Source of the DNA: Escherichia phage 241Ecol014PP
Strand: one strand, 5' to 3'
Sequence record: OR062943.1
DNA: 64,000 nucleotides
Made by a program: the position numbers and the translations under genes. The notes below the pieces were generated by a model. It was not told where the DNA came from and ran no database searches. It saw nothing but the letters and a program-made list of their open reading frames with translations. Positions 1 through 10,307 of the stretch are shown piece after piece; position 1 is the first letter of the stretch; every line of letters starts with the position of its first letter.

Positions 1-37
1 TGAAAGATTCTATCGTTGTTGATGTCTGGAGGTATTA

Positions 38-3000
38 ATGCCAATTGCAATGATTGATAACATCGTTGCTTCTGCAAGATCTTCAAGTTATGACTGGAAC
101 GCATCCAAGGCAGCTCTGGCTGACAGCCTGAACACTGTTACCACCAGAACTCTGGATAAGATTTTTGAGGGCAACAAATCTTACAGAAGTCAGCAAGATA
201 GACAAAAGCTTCTCAGATCTTCTGCTGCACCTTGCTCTGTAGTGTATGGGAAGACACGCACATCCGGATTGCTTGCGTTTTTGGAGCAGGATAGCGACAG
301 AACCCTCCATTGTGCTATTGTTCTTGCTAATCATCCTCTGGAAGGTATAGAAGACATACTCATCGACGGTAATCCTATTTCCTCGTATGGAGATCTGGTA
401 TCGTGGGAGCTACATAACGACAGAAAAACATCTGATCCTTTCATGGGTACACACTGCCCATCATGGTCACCTGACATGATAGGTAGAGGGATTAGTTGGC
501 TACGTGCCAGTTTCAAGTTTGACCCTAACAAGTTTCCTTTTGGGTTGCCAAACGTTACACTCGTTAAGGTTGGTAAAAAATGCTATGATCCTCGTATCAG
601 TAAAGAGGTGTACACCAATAACGCAGCCTTGGTGATCCTAGACTATTTAAGAACGTACCTTAAATGTCCTGACGAAACCATCAACTGGGAGTCCTTTAAG
701 GAGGCTGCCAACATATGCGACGAAGCGGTAAAAAACGCTGACGGAACCAGTGAGCGACGTTACACCATTAACGGTGAGTTCGACATGGATGAGGCTCCAG
801 CAAGTATTATGGCAGAAATGTTGAAAGCTTGTGGTGCAGATCTCAGTTATGTAGCTGGTAAGTATGGTTTGCTGGTTGGTGCATACTATGGCCCGGCAAC
901 AATGACACTGAGTGAGGACTGTGTCTGCGGTGAGGTCAAGATCTATCCGGAAGCCTCGTTTGACAAAAGATCCAACACAATAACTGGCAGATTCACTAGT
1001 CCGACCAAAGGGTATTCTGAAACAGATTTTCCATCAGTGTTTGTCCCAGAGTGGATAGAGAAGGATGGAGAAAGAAAGATAATCGATATAGACTATCGCT
1101 TTGTTACCAGCCCTTATCAAGCTCAGCGTGTTTCTGCAATCTTCTTAAGACGTGCTAGAGCTGGCAGGATTATTGAAGTCACCTGCAATATGCGAGGTTT
1201 TAAATTTAAGCCTGGTCGTTATGTTACAATGGACCTCCCAAGTATTGGTATAGTGGGCCAAGAAATGAGGGTTCTTGAATGGGAGTTCACCAAAAAGGGC
1301 GGTGTCAAGGTAAAACTTCGTCAAGATGCTAAAGAGTGGAATGATGCCACAGGGCAACTTCCGGATTCCGGTGATGTAGATATTCCGATATCCCCGTCCG
1401 GTGTAGCTCAGCCGCAAAACTTCAGATACTCCGTTCTCCAAGCTGGGGAAGTAACTCACGGTGTTTTGGCTTGGGACAACGTTGGGACTTACGCTCAAAA
1501 TATTGTGCAAGTAAGAAAGAACGGAGAGATTGTTTGGACAGCACAGACAGTTGAGCAGTTTGTCAGAGTAGAAGGTTTGACCAAAGGGTCATACACAGCA
1601 ACCGTGGTTGCAACATCTTATAAAGGTGGTGTATCTCCAGAAGCGTACTGTGAGTTTAACATTCAGGCACCTGAAGCTCCGGTTTCTGTAGAGGTTAAGC
1701 AAGGATACTTTGCTATCACCTTGATTCCGCATAGTAGGGATTTAGCAAGTGTTAGCACCCAGTATGACTTTTGGACATCTGGTATGACAAGGTTGCCCGA
1801 CACCAGTGATGCAACCGTTACTTCAAACGCCACCCGTATGGGTGTTGGTTCAACTTGGACATCTGAAGGCCTGCAGAACGATAAGGTTTATTATTGGTAT
1901 ATTCGAACCACAAACGCTTTTGGTAGTTCTCAGTTTGTAGAATGCGCTGCACGTTGCTACACCTCTATTGAGGATTTGATGCCTCAGATAGATGCTGAAT
2001 TCAAAAAGACAGAAACTTATAAAGAGTTGATGAGCACTTTGGATTCCTCTATTGAAGAGGTTGAAAATCGTGTCACAGAACTTAACAGGTACATGGATGG
2101 TAGGGTAGATGAAGCGTTCCAGCAACTTGGGGACAGAATAGGTGCGGTAGTTACAGAAACAACTCAGAAGTTTGAAGATGTCAATGGTAACATTACAGCG
2201 CTGGATAGGAAACTTGTTGCTGCACAGAACAAGTTCACCAACGATCTGAACACTGAAAGTGGAAGATTGGCATCCCTGATTGAGACAACCAATAAAGCAA
2301 CTACTGATCTTCTGAACAAAAAGACAGAGGCTTTAGATGAGAAATTGGTTGCCGCCAAAGGTGAGCTGGTAGAGCAGATAGAGGGAGTTGAGAGCGGGTA
2401 TTTAGCCGGAGATAAAACTCTGGATGGTAAGATCAATACCCAGAGAACAGAACTTGACGCAAGCATCTTGAGCACTAACCAGGCCACTGTGGATCTTTTG
2501 AACAGGACATCTGAAACTCTGGATCAAAAGATCAGTCAGACAAACGCGACGGTATCTAAAAACTATACCACCCTGGATGGCAAGATAACCACCGCAAAAA
2601 CTGACCTCAACACCTTGATTGCCAATACCAACAAGACCACCACTGACTTGTTGAATCAGAAAACATCTGCACTGTCAGAGCAAATAACTTCTGCACGTGG
2701 GGAGATCTCTACCAACAAGCAAGCGATTGATGCTTTGGATGGAAAACTGACCTCCACAAAAACAGCGCTGGATGCTACAATTTCCGATACCAACAAGGCC
2801 ACTGTGGACCTTATCAACGGCACAGCGTCAGCTATTCGTCAAGAACTTGCTGTTGCTAAGCAGGAGATCATTGATGATGTTGGAGATGTGTCCGAGATCA
2901 GGGCTGCAGTAGCTACAACATCTAAGGCTGTGACCGACTTAGAGGGTAAAGTAAATGCTCAGTGGGGCACAAAAATACAGGTAGACTCCGCAGGGAATAA

Positions 3001-3877
3001 ATATGTTGCAGGTATCCAGTTGGGGATGGAAGGGTCTGGGGGCCAAGTTCAATCCTACTTCATGGTTAGTGCAAACAATTTTGCGGTATACAACCCCGGC
3101 AATGGAACAGCAACCCTTGCTTTCGCAATCAAGAACAACCAAGCATTCTTGAAAGACGCTTTTATAGAGAATGGCACGATCTCCTCTGCCAAGATCGCAC
3201 AAGAAATTTCGTCAAACAACTACGATGGCAACGGGTACCATAAATACGGTTGGTATATTAACAAGAACGGGCACGCCCAATTTATGGATGTGTGGGTGAA
3301 AGGCAACATCAACGCTAGTTCTGGTAACTTCACAGGGGCAGTTAACGCCACTAGTGGTACCTTCCGTGGAGATGTTTATGCCAATAATGGTAGCTTCAGG
3401 GGCACCATAGATGCAACCGGAGGTACCTTCCGTGGGCGTGTAGAAGCTTCTGTTATTCGTGCCAACCAGTTTGAAGGTGCAATTGTTGCACACAGGACTT
3501 ACGGGGATTGTGCACCAGTATACAACTCCCGGCAGAGGGTTTGCCGTTGGAGGTGGAGATACGTAGATAACGTTTCAGGTCAGGGTAAGAACGTAACATT
3601 CTTCTTTAAACTGAACGGTACTCGTGCCAACTCCCAACTAAATGCGTGGATAGCTGGTCATCAACTCCTTGCTGGCAAGAAGTACGGAAACGACAACGAT
3701 GGCATGTGTGCAGTTGGGATAACAGGTCTAGGTGAACAAACTATAGACATTATTATTGAAATCTACACCCCGTGGTCAACGTCAAACGTGACAGGTATTA
3801 CAATATCCTGTCCTACTGTGGTTGTTAGTCGTTCTAACTCCAGCTTCCAGGGACCTTGGAACGAGTCTCACGACTAA
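38..3877 (+). CDS. large tail/baseplate-associated fibre protein (host-specificity-like)
   Basis: 1279-aa ORF, GGAGG RBS upstream of ATG; central ~35-aa coiled-coil tandem repeats (LDGKITT..TDLLN), C-terminal TFRG/GxF beta repeats; terminator follows. Confidence 0.6.
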   Translation: MPIAMIDNIVASARSSSYDWNASKAALADSLNTVTTRTLDKIFEGNKSYRSQQDRQKLLRSSAAPCSVVYGKTRTSGLLAFLEQDSDRTLHCAIVLANHPLEGIEDILIDGNPISSYGDLVSWELHNDRKTSDPFMGTHCPSWSPDMIGRGISWLRASFKFDPNKFPFGLPNVTLVKVGKKCYDPRISKEVYTNNAALVILDYLRTYLKCPDETINWESFKEAANICDEAVKNADGTSERRYTINGEFDMDEAPASIMAEMLKACGADLSYVAGKYGLLVGAYYGPATMTLSEDCVCGEVKIYPEASFDKRSNTITGRFTSPTKGYSETDFPSVFVPEWIEKDGERKIIDIDYRFVTSPYQAQRVSAIFLRRARAGRIIEVTCNMRGFKFKPGRYVTMDLPSIGIVGQEMRVLEWEFTKKGGVKVKLRQDAKEWNDATGQLPDSGDVDIPISPSGVAQPQNFRYSVLQAGEVTHGVLAWDNVGTYAQNIVQVRKNGEIVWTAQTVEQFVRVEGLTKGSYTATVVATSYKGGVSPEAYCEFNIQAPEAPVSVEVKQGYFAITLIPHSRDLASVSTQYDFWTSGMTRLPDTSDATVTSNATRMGVGSTWTSEGLQNDKVYYWYIRTTNAFGSSQFVECAARCYTSIEDLMPQIDAEFKKTETYKELMSTLDSSIEEVENRVTELNRYMDGRVDEAFQQLGDRIGAVVTETTQKFEDVNGNITALDRKLVAAQNKFTNDLNTESGRLASLIETTNKATTDLLNKKTEALDEKLVAAKGELVEQIEGVESGYLAGDKTLDGKINTQRTELDASILSTNQATVDLLNRTSETLDQKISQTNATVSKNYTTLDGKITTAKTDLNTLIANTNKTTTDLLNQKTSALSEQITSARGEISTNKQAIDALDGKLTSTKTALDATISDTNKATVDLINGTASAIRQELAVAKQEIIDDVGDVSEIRAAVATTSKAVTDLEGKVNAQWGTKIQVDSAGNKYVAGIQLGMEGSGGQVQSYFMVSANNFAVYNPGNGTATLAFAIKNNQAFLKDAFIENGTISSAKIAQEISSNNYDGNGYHKYGWYINKNGHAQFMDVWVKGNINASSGNFTGAVNATSGTFRGDVYANNGSFRGTIDATGGTFRGRVEASVIRANQFEGAIVAHRTYGDCAPVYNSRQRVCRWRWRYVDNVSGQGKNVTFFFKLNGTRANSQLNAWIAGHQLLAGKKYGNDNDGMCAVGITGLGEQTIDIIIEIYTPWSTSNVTGITISCPTVVVSRSNSSFQGPWNESHD

Positions 3878-3885
3878 CCTTTAAA

Positions 3886-3912
3886 GCCCCGCTTCGGCGG
3901 GGTTTATTTTTA
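3886..3912 (+). terminator. rho-independent terminator
   Basis: hairpin CCCCGC-TTCG-GCGGGG followed by TTTATTTTT, 9 nt after stop. Confidence 0.75.
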
Positions 3913-3920
3913 TGCTCAGA

Positions 3921-3949
3921 TTGACTATTGTTACAAAATTTGGTAAAAT
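3921..3949 (+). promoter_or_regulatory. sigma70-like promoter
   Basis: TTGACT, 17-nt spacer, TAAAAT; upstream of GTG start at 3983. Confidence 0.5.
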
Positions 3950-3982
3950 ACCTTGTAGAGATTTTCATACCGGAGGAGTGAC

Positions 3983-5473
3983 GTGGCTAAGTATGGATTG
4001 ACAGAGGCTGGTTTCGTTATACCAACCCTAAATGACCTAATCGTTGAAACTAAGCAAAGCCTGATCCGTGCTTTTGGCGAAAACTTCAACGTACAGAGTA
4101 ACTCCGTTGCAGATAAGCTGACCACTATCTTCAACGAGCGAGAGTATCAACTTATTCTTATGGCAGCATCTGTATACGCATCACAGACGCTGTATGGGGC
4201 AGAAGGTATTTACCTAGATGAGCTTCTTGGAAGACAGGGTATTTACCGAAGAGGCCGTTCTAAATCATCAGGTACCTGCCAGTTGACAATCAACACAACT
4301 GTGCCGTACAATATGATTTATGATTCCAAAACTTATACGCTGGACAGTGGCAACTTTGTTCTTAGTAATGATGTGCAAGTAGCAGGGAATCTTATTGCTC
4401 ACAGAATAAATGCTCCAGACCTAAGGATTGGGAAATACAACTTCCAAATTACCAACCAAACAGACGGAAGTATCAAAACAAAAAGCCTGGTTTTAACAGA
4501 TAAGTCTCTGGACTCTTCTGATTTGCCAAGCTTTTACGGAGAGATTAAGCAATTCATTGTCGATAATACAACCCTGTTGAACGACGATTTGATTCAGATC
4601 GATATGTTGACAGGAACGTTGTGGATAGGGTACAATTCGAATCTTGATCAAGTTGGGCTTAACAGCAGGGTAGATTTCAGAGTATCCCCGATTGTAGGGG
4701 AAAGAACTATCACACTGGATGTTATCGCTAACGAGGCTGGTGAGCTGTCAAGAGAGGCAGAAACCGTGACAACAATGTCACCTACTCCCAGTGGATTCAT
4801 CAAGCTTACCAACCGAGAAAGATTCAATGAGGGCAGGGATGTTGAGAAAGACTCAGAGTATCGCTTAAGAGCTTCCAGCACAAAACAGTTAACATCTAAG
4901 GCTACCCGTCCTGCAATCCTTAGCGCTGTAAGCGAGGTGAAAGGTGTTGAGAAAGTGAGAGTGTTCTCCAACAACACCGATAAAACTGATGCTAAAGGTA
5001 TACCTCCTTACAAGTTCCAAGTGGTTGTGTTTGGTGGTGCAACGGAGGACATTTGCCAAGCACTTTACCAAACTATAGCCTGTACGAACAGGACTTATGG
5101 TAATATTTTCTACGATGTAACTACATCTGACGGTCAAACTGAAAGAATTTATTACTCCAAGGCAAATACCTACCGCCTAGATGTAAGAATTACCTACTCC
5201 GGTGCCGCACTTTCCACAACAGAAAAAGATGCCATTGTAGAGGCTCTTTTGCAGGTTGTTAACGGACTGGATGTTGCAGATACGTTGTATAATATCCAAT
5301 TGGTCGGTGCTGCATCTGCTGCTGTGTCAATAGGCAGATTTAATAGACTGGTAATTCAAGTTAAGCCAGTAGGAGCTTCTGATGAAGCTTACACTACAAA
5401 CGATATTGTTGCGAACATGACCGAGGTGTTTGACCTCGACGAAAGTAATATAACTTTCCAACAAACTATTTAA
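3983..5473 (+). CDS. baseplate wedge protein (Baseplate_J / gp6-like)
   Basis: 496-aa ORF, GTG start 5 nt after GGAGG; N-terminal region resembles baseplate J family as recalled; position in tail module. Confidence 0.45.
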   Translation: MAKYGLTEAGFVIPTLNDLIVETKQSLIRAFGENFNVQSNSVADKLTTIFNEREYQLILMAASVYASQTLYGAEGIYLDELLGRQGIYRRGRSKSSGTCQLTINTTVPYNMIYDSKTYTLDSGNFVLSNDVQVAGNLIAHRINAPDLRIGKYNFQITNQTDGSIKTKSLVLTDKSLDSSDLPSFYGEIKQFIVDNTTLLNDDLIQIDMLTGTLWIGYNSNLDQVGLNSRVDFRVSPIVGERTITLDVIANEAGELSREAETVTTMSPTPSGFIKLTNRERFNEGRDVEKDSEYRLRASSTKQLTSKATRPAILSAVSEVKGVEKVRVFSNNTDKTDAKGIPPYKFQVVVFGGATEDICQALYQTIACTNRTYGNIFYDVTTSDGQTERIYYSKANTYRLDVRITYSGAALSTTEKDAIVEALLQVVNGLDVADTLYNIQLVGAASAAVSIGRFNRLVIQVKPVGASDEAYTTNDIVANMTEVFDLDESNITFQQTI

Positions 5474-5484
5474 GGCGGCGAGAT

Positions 5485-6171
5485 ATGGCAGAGATTAAGT
5501 CGGATGTTAACCACATCCACACTCTGCCAGATTTTGTTCAGGGGGGTCTTGACTACCTACCTGGAGATTTTCTGGCTGAGAAGGTTAATTTAGTCACATT
5601 CTTAACCGTATACCTTAAAAGGTTGGAGGATGTTGATAAGATGCTGGTAGGTTTGGCTGAAGGAAGATTGCTTAACAATGCCAGCGGAAGATACCTTGAC
5701 GAAGTTGGTAATCAACTTGGTATTCTTAGGAATGGACTTTCAGATGCTGATTTTCGTGCCACACTAATTATTCAGCAGGCCGCAGCATCAAGGGGCGGGA
5801 CTCGCGAAGATGTCATCTCCACCTTGCGACAATTGTTCGGAAGAGACAATTTCGATACGTGGAAAGGAGACAACTTCAGGTTTGACATAAATATTAGAAA
5901 AACTTGCTTTGACATATTGCAGTCTATCGATCAGATCTTAGATATGCTACCATTGCCTTGTCATTTGCGTCTTACAGAATCGCAAGGGCAAGCTTTTGGT
6001 TTTGAAGGGGACTCTACAGCTCTGGGCTTCGGATCAGTGTGGGAAGAAAACCAATTCGGAGTTGGTGGGCTGGCTACTTTGCTGTATGTTCCTGACGTAA
6101 GACCTGATTGGGACACCACAACCATTTATTGTGAAAGTATTACAGTAAACGCAACTAGACAGGAGGGTTAA
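5485..6171 (+). CDS. baseplate/tail protein (P2 gpI-like, DUF2313-like)
   Basis: 228-aa ORF directly after baseplate J-like gene; synteny-based call, weak motif support. Confidence 0.35.
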   Translation: MAEIKSDVNHIHTLPDFVQGGLDYLPGDFLAEKVNLVTFLTVYLKRLEDVDKMLVGLAEGRLLNNASGRYLDEVGNQLGILRNGLSDADFRATLIIQQAAASRGGTREDVISTLRQLFGRDNFDTWKGDNFRFDINIRKTCFDILQSIDQILDMLPLPCHLRLTESQGQAFGFEGDSTALGFGSVWEENQFGVGGLATLLYVPDVRPDWDTTTIYCESITVNATRQEG

Positions 6172-8243
6172 TGGCAACAGCTGTTTTTAAACCTTACCGT
6201 GATTACTCTACAATGGCTGCACAGTTTCATTACCGAACAGTTCAGGATACTGCCGTTCCTGGTAGAGATTATAATCATGTTGAGGGCGATGTAACTATCC
6301 CAATTGGGGCAACCAGTATTGAGATCCCCGTGGAAATTGTTGACAAATTACCCAACAGGTTGCCAAGAAGCTTCTTTATGGAGTTTTCATCAAAATCTCA
6401 AGGGGTAATGATTGGAACACAAAGGGCGAAATGTACAATAGTTTCAGATGAGAATCTCGACAGGATATCTTGGGATACTGTTGAGGAGAGAATGTTCCAC
6501 CCAAGATATTGGGTTACAACTACTCAGCAGACTGAAAGTACCTGTATTGTTGCAGATAACAACTGTTGTATTAACCGTTTAGTGTCAAGAACATATGGAG
6601 GTATGGCTGGGTGCATTTGGGAAACAGTTGACAAGTATGACCATTTCGGCATTGGGTTTGATGATCATTATGAGATGAGAAACACCAAGCTATGGTTCAG
6701 AATGTCAATAACCAACGCCAGCAACTTCTCCACTCCTGAAAAGATGATTATGACTGTAGACCTTGTTGATGGCACAATCATCTATGTTCCTTTAGCTCAA
6801 TATGCTGTCAGCATCTCAGAGGATAAGAATGTTGCAGAAATTCATATTGATTTTGAGGACTGCGTCGGGATGGACCAGAACAACAACATGATGGGTGTTG
6901 ATCCTCGGCAGGTGAGAAGGATTTTAATACCACTTATGCCTAAAGACTGGGTAAGTAACAGCACAGACCCGAGAACGGAAAACGTAGAGTGTGAGTTGCG
7001 CCTAGATCTGCTTCAGCCAGACACAGGCTGGAAAATGATGCAACTTAATAATATCCAGGTGAAAGAACACGACGTTGGAATCTGCACAGCATATGACGAT
7101 ATGTGGAACGTATCCCCTTTAAGGGTGTTGAACAATATCAAACGTCTGGGCTATACCGGAACCATAAACCATTATGTTGGTATGAGTCATTATTATGACT
7201 ACACATGGTCAGGAACCCAATGGTCTATAAACAAAACAGGAGCGCTAAACGCTGCAGCTTATAAATGGCATGATGATTTTATGTACAATGCCAAACGACA
7301 TAACTTCGACGTTATGCAATCTGTAAGTTTTGAGCTTTTCAGTGATGCCTGCCCGTTGGAATGGACCCAAAGAGACTGGAACGATAACTACGCTAAAACA
7401 GGGTATACACCTTGTAGTTACCTCCTGTCTCCAACCATTGAAGAGGGTATGAATTTTCTTACTGCAGTATTTAAGAATTTTGCATCAGCCGCTATGAGAA
7501 ACAATCTGCCAGTGATTATGCAGGTTGGTGAACCATGGTGGTGGTACAATACCGATACTCGTAGACCTTGTATTTATGATTACCCTACAAAGCAGGCGTT
7601 TTATGATGAGACAGGTGAGTATGCATTAGATATTGGGACTATTGACGATCCTAAAACTGGCGGTGTTTACGATAAGTATGTAGCATTTTGTCGTGGTAAG
7701 CTTGGCGCTCGTATTGCAGCTATTTCAAAGGCAATAAAGGCACACGCTGCATCAGCTCAGATGACAGCTTTGCTGTTTTTCCCAACCATCATGGAAACCG
7801 AGCTTACACAAAAGCTGAACCTTGCTGACCAATATAAAAAGGAAGCAGGTGCTCTTGATTTCTTCTGTACCGAGTGCTACGATTGGGTGATGCAGGGAGG
7901 TATTGAAAAGGCAAAAGAGTCTGTAAACATACCTATCGTTAAGTTAGGCTGGCAACCGTCTGAAATACAATACCTTGCAGGGTTCGTTCCTAGTAAAGAG
8001 CTTGCTCCGGTATATGGCTACGACCCAACTAGGAATTACCAAGAATTTTTATGGAGATGTATTTGCGGAAACATGGCAACTATAGAGTATAGATACCCTG
8101 AGGTAAAACAGTATGTGTGGGCATACCCGCAAGTAATGTCTGACAGCATCACTGTTACCGCTAGAGATTCTACCGTGCTTCATATGGGGCAGGTTGCTCT
8201 GAAAGGGTATGTAGAAGATGTTGTCCCGCCAGACTTCTCATAA
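6171..8243 (+). CDS. tail-associated protein with N-terminal Calx-beta-like domain
   Basis: 690-aa ORF, start overlaps upstream stop (TAATGG); N-terminal AVPGRDY..GDVTIPIGATSIEIPVEIVD fits Calx-beta pattern; rest unassigned. Confidence 0.35.
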   Translation: MATAVFKPYRDYSTMAAQFHYRTVQDTAVPGRDYNHVEGDVTIPIGATSIEIPVEIVDKLPNRLPRSFFMEFSSKSQGVMIGTQRAKCTIVSDENLDRISWDTVEERMFHPRYWVTTTQQTESTCIVADNNCCINRLVSRTYGGMAGCIWETVDKYDHFGIGFDDHYEMRNTKLWFRMSITNASNFSTPEKMIMTVDLVDGTIIYVPLAQYAVSISEDKNVAEIHIDFEDCVGMDQNNNMMGVDPRQVRRILIPLMPKDWVSNSTDPRTENVECELRLDLLQPDTGWKMMQLNNIQVKEHDVGICTAYDDMWNVSPLRVLNNIKRLGYTGTINHYVGMSHYYDYTWSGTQWSINKTGALNAAAYKWHDDFMYNAKRHNFDVMQSVSFELFSDACPLEWTQRDWNDNYAKTGYTPCSYLLSPTIEEGMNFLTAVFKNFASAAMRNNLPVIMQVGEPWWWYNTDTRRPCIYDYPTKQAFYDETGEYALDIGTIDDPKTGGVYDKYVAFCRGKLGARIAAISKAIKAHAASAQMTALLFFPTIMETELTQKLNLADQYKKEAGALDFFCTECYDWVMQGGIEKAKESVNIPIVKLGWQPSEIQYLAGFVPSKELAPVYGYDPTRNYQEFLWRCICGNMATIEYRYPEVKQYVWAYPQVMSDSITVTARDSTVLHMGQVALKGYVEDVVPPDFS

Positions 8244-8255
8244 TCAGGAGATAAA

Positions 8256-9296
8256 ATGTCAAAACCTAGTTTTCCATTAGAGATTTGGGCAGAGGAGGAT
8301 CAGGTTCTGCCTAACACCCACAGACAGAACAGGCTACGCCCGATTGATGATTTGTGGAGAAAAGGTTGGGATCTTGGTCAAAAGCCCTCATGTGAAGAAC
8401 TTAACTATATTTTCAATATGCTCGGGACTTGGGCAAAATACATTGCTGACGAGCAGATCCCCGCTCAAGAAGGCCGTTATCTGGTACGTGATAATAACTT
8501 GAGTGATCTTTTGAACATTCCTGTTGCCCGTAGAAACCTTGGGATTATTACTAAGGAAGAGGCAGACGCCAGGTATGTAAAAGTTACAGGTGATACAATG
8601 ACAGGCCCACTGGGTTTGCAACGTATCAACTTTAAAGCTGCCGAGACAGATAAGGCTTGGATAGAGACAACTATTGGCCCAGATAAGACAACTCTCGACT
8701 TTGGGTTAAGTGATAATATTGGGTCGTTTGATGATGGTGGCACATCTACAATAGATGCGTTTCGTTGGAGATTCCAGCCAACTCAGCCGGATATTAATCC
8801 AGAGTTCACTTTGATGTACCTTAACGCGATCACGGCTAACCGTGCGCTGTTGAAAGTGGTCGGCAATGTTGAAGTTGTCGATAACATGAGGTGCAATAAC
8901 CTTACTATCAGCAATACAGCAACATTCACCAACTGTAATGTGGCTAGTCAGTTGACGGCTGGGTCAGTATATGTTAATGGTGGTGCAAGTTGTGACAGTA
9001 TGGTTGTAAGAAGCCAGCACTGTGTTGTAGGTAACAGAAATGTGGTTCGCTCTGTGAACGGAGTGACGGCTAACGGTAACGGTGATGTAACGATCACTAT
9101 CCCGCAGACGGGTGTGCAAGACATCAGAATCGGTGCAAGACTTGTGGACGGCGTTTCTGAATCTCCAATCCGCAACGGCTACGTTGTCACAGGCTGGCAT
9201 TTCGGTGACAAAAAAGAGATGCGTGGTTCAACTTACTGGGCAGGACCTTTACAAAAACTTGTAAATGGTCAATGGATCACTGTTAATTATGCATAG
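8256..9296 (+). CDS. tail fibre protein, paralogue A
   Basis: 346 aa; N-terminus PLEIWA..LPN and C-terminus QKLVNGQWITVNYA shared with ORF 10308-11354; Gly/Asn/Thr-rich beta-type centre. Confidence 0.55.
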   Translation: MSKPSFPLEIWAEEDQVLPNTHRQNRLRPIDDLWRKGWDLGQKPSCEELNYIFNMLGTWAKYIADEQIPAQEGRYLVRDNNLSDLLNIPVARRNLGIITKEEADARYVKVTGDTMTGPLGLQRINFKAAETDKAWIETTIGPDKTTLDFGLSDNIGSFDDGGTSTIDAFRWRFQPTQPDINPEFTLMYLNAITANRALLKVVGNVEVVDNMRCNNLTISNTATFTNCNVASQLTAGSVYVNGGASCDSMVVRSQHCVVGNRNVVRSVNGVTANGNGDVTITIPQTGVQDIRIGARLVDGVSESPIRNGYVVTGWHFGDKKEMRGSTYWAGPLQKLVNGQWITVNYA

Positions 9297-9310
9297 ATCG
9301 GAGGACTAGC

Positions 9311-9895
9311 ATGAAAATACTTCAAGAGTTTAAACTTTACCAACCGGGATCTGGCGAATACCACGCCAACAAGGAAACCAAAGAGCTGACCCCTCAAGAG
9401 GTCGAGGATTACACCGCATACACTGGGTATTTTTTACGTAATGATGATGGTGATTGGTATGTGCAGTCACGAACATTACGACAAGAAAATCCAGGGTGTA
9501 TCTTCCTACTTGTTGACGAGAAGGGAATTCTTAAGACATCTACAGAAGAACCTGATGCCTTATGGCCTGCTCCAGGTCTTCGTGTGGTTATCGCCAAAAA
9601 AGAAGAGGTACCAGAAAACATTATGCTTCACCACGACGATTTGCGTTTAGTTGGTGATGAATTTGTCACAGACAATGAATTCTTTGTTCAACAGGCAGAG
9701 GGTGTCATAGAGACAGAACTTGCTTGGGCTACTGCTAGAATTGGTGCCTATCAAGACATGATTGACCTTGAATATGATCTTACTGATGACCAGAAACGTA
9801 ACATCAGAGATTTGAAAATGTACAGGGTAAAACTTCTTGAAATAGATACATCTAAAGCCCCTGACATTTTCTTCCCGGAGCGACCTACCCTCTAA
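9311..9895 (+). CDS. hypothetical protein (possible tail-fibre chaperone by position)
   Basis: 194-aa ORF between the two fibre paralogues; no motif recognised. Confidence 0.35.
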   Translation: MKILQEFKLYQPGSGEYHANKETKELTPQEVEDYTAYTGYFLRNDDGDWYVQSRTLRQENPGCIFLLVDEKGILKTSTEEPDALWPAPGLRVVIAKKEEVPENIMLHHDDLRLVGDEFVTDNEFFVQQAEGVIETELAWATARIGAYQDMIDLEYDLTDDQKRNIRDLKMYRVKLLEIDTSKAPDIFFPERPTL

Positions 9896-9906
9896 GAGGA
9901 GGTGTT

Positions 9907-10221
9907 GTGGAGTTGGATTTGGCGGCATTGTACGGTATCTGCATGGGTACCGTTGTCCCGATCTGTGTATGGGCTTTCAACCAGTGGCACACCAAATGGA
10001 AAGGCATTTCCAAGAGGTTGGAAGAGCTGGAGAAAGACCTCATCTTAGTGAAAAACAGTATGGTTACAAAAGATAAACTTGATTCCGTTATAGAGACCCG
10101 GTTAAGCAAGCTAGAGGCCGATATTAACGACCTTAAGCAGGATGTCAGGACAGATGTCTCCGGCATCAGAGCCGATGTACAAAAGATTTTGCACATGCTC
10201 GTAGAGCATAGTAAAAGGTAA
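9907..10221 (+). CDS. membrane-anchored coiled-coil protein
   Basis: GTG start after GGAGG; one N-terminal hydrophobic helix then heptad-like LEELEKDL..LSKLEADINDLKQD. Confidence 0.35.
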   Translation: MELDLAALYGICMGTVVPICVWAFNQWHTKWKGISKRLEELEKDLILVKNSMVTKDKLDSVIETRLSKLEADINDLKQDVRTDVSGIRADVQKILHMLVEHSKR

Positions 10222-10230
10222 ACAAAGGTC

Positions 10231-10263
10231 AGAACGGAAAGGACTCCGTTCTTGCATTTTGTT
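10231..10263 (+). terminator. rho-independent terminator
   Basis: hairpin AGAACGGA-AAGGAC-TCCGTTCT then TGCATTTTGTT. Confidence 0.5.
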
Positions 10264-10307
10264 CCCTAAAGTGTTAAAATAGTCCTAAGGAATTTTCTCA
10301 GGAGAAC

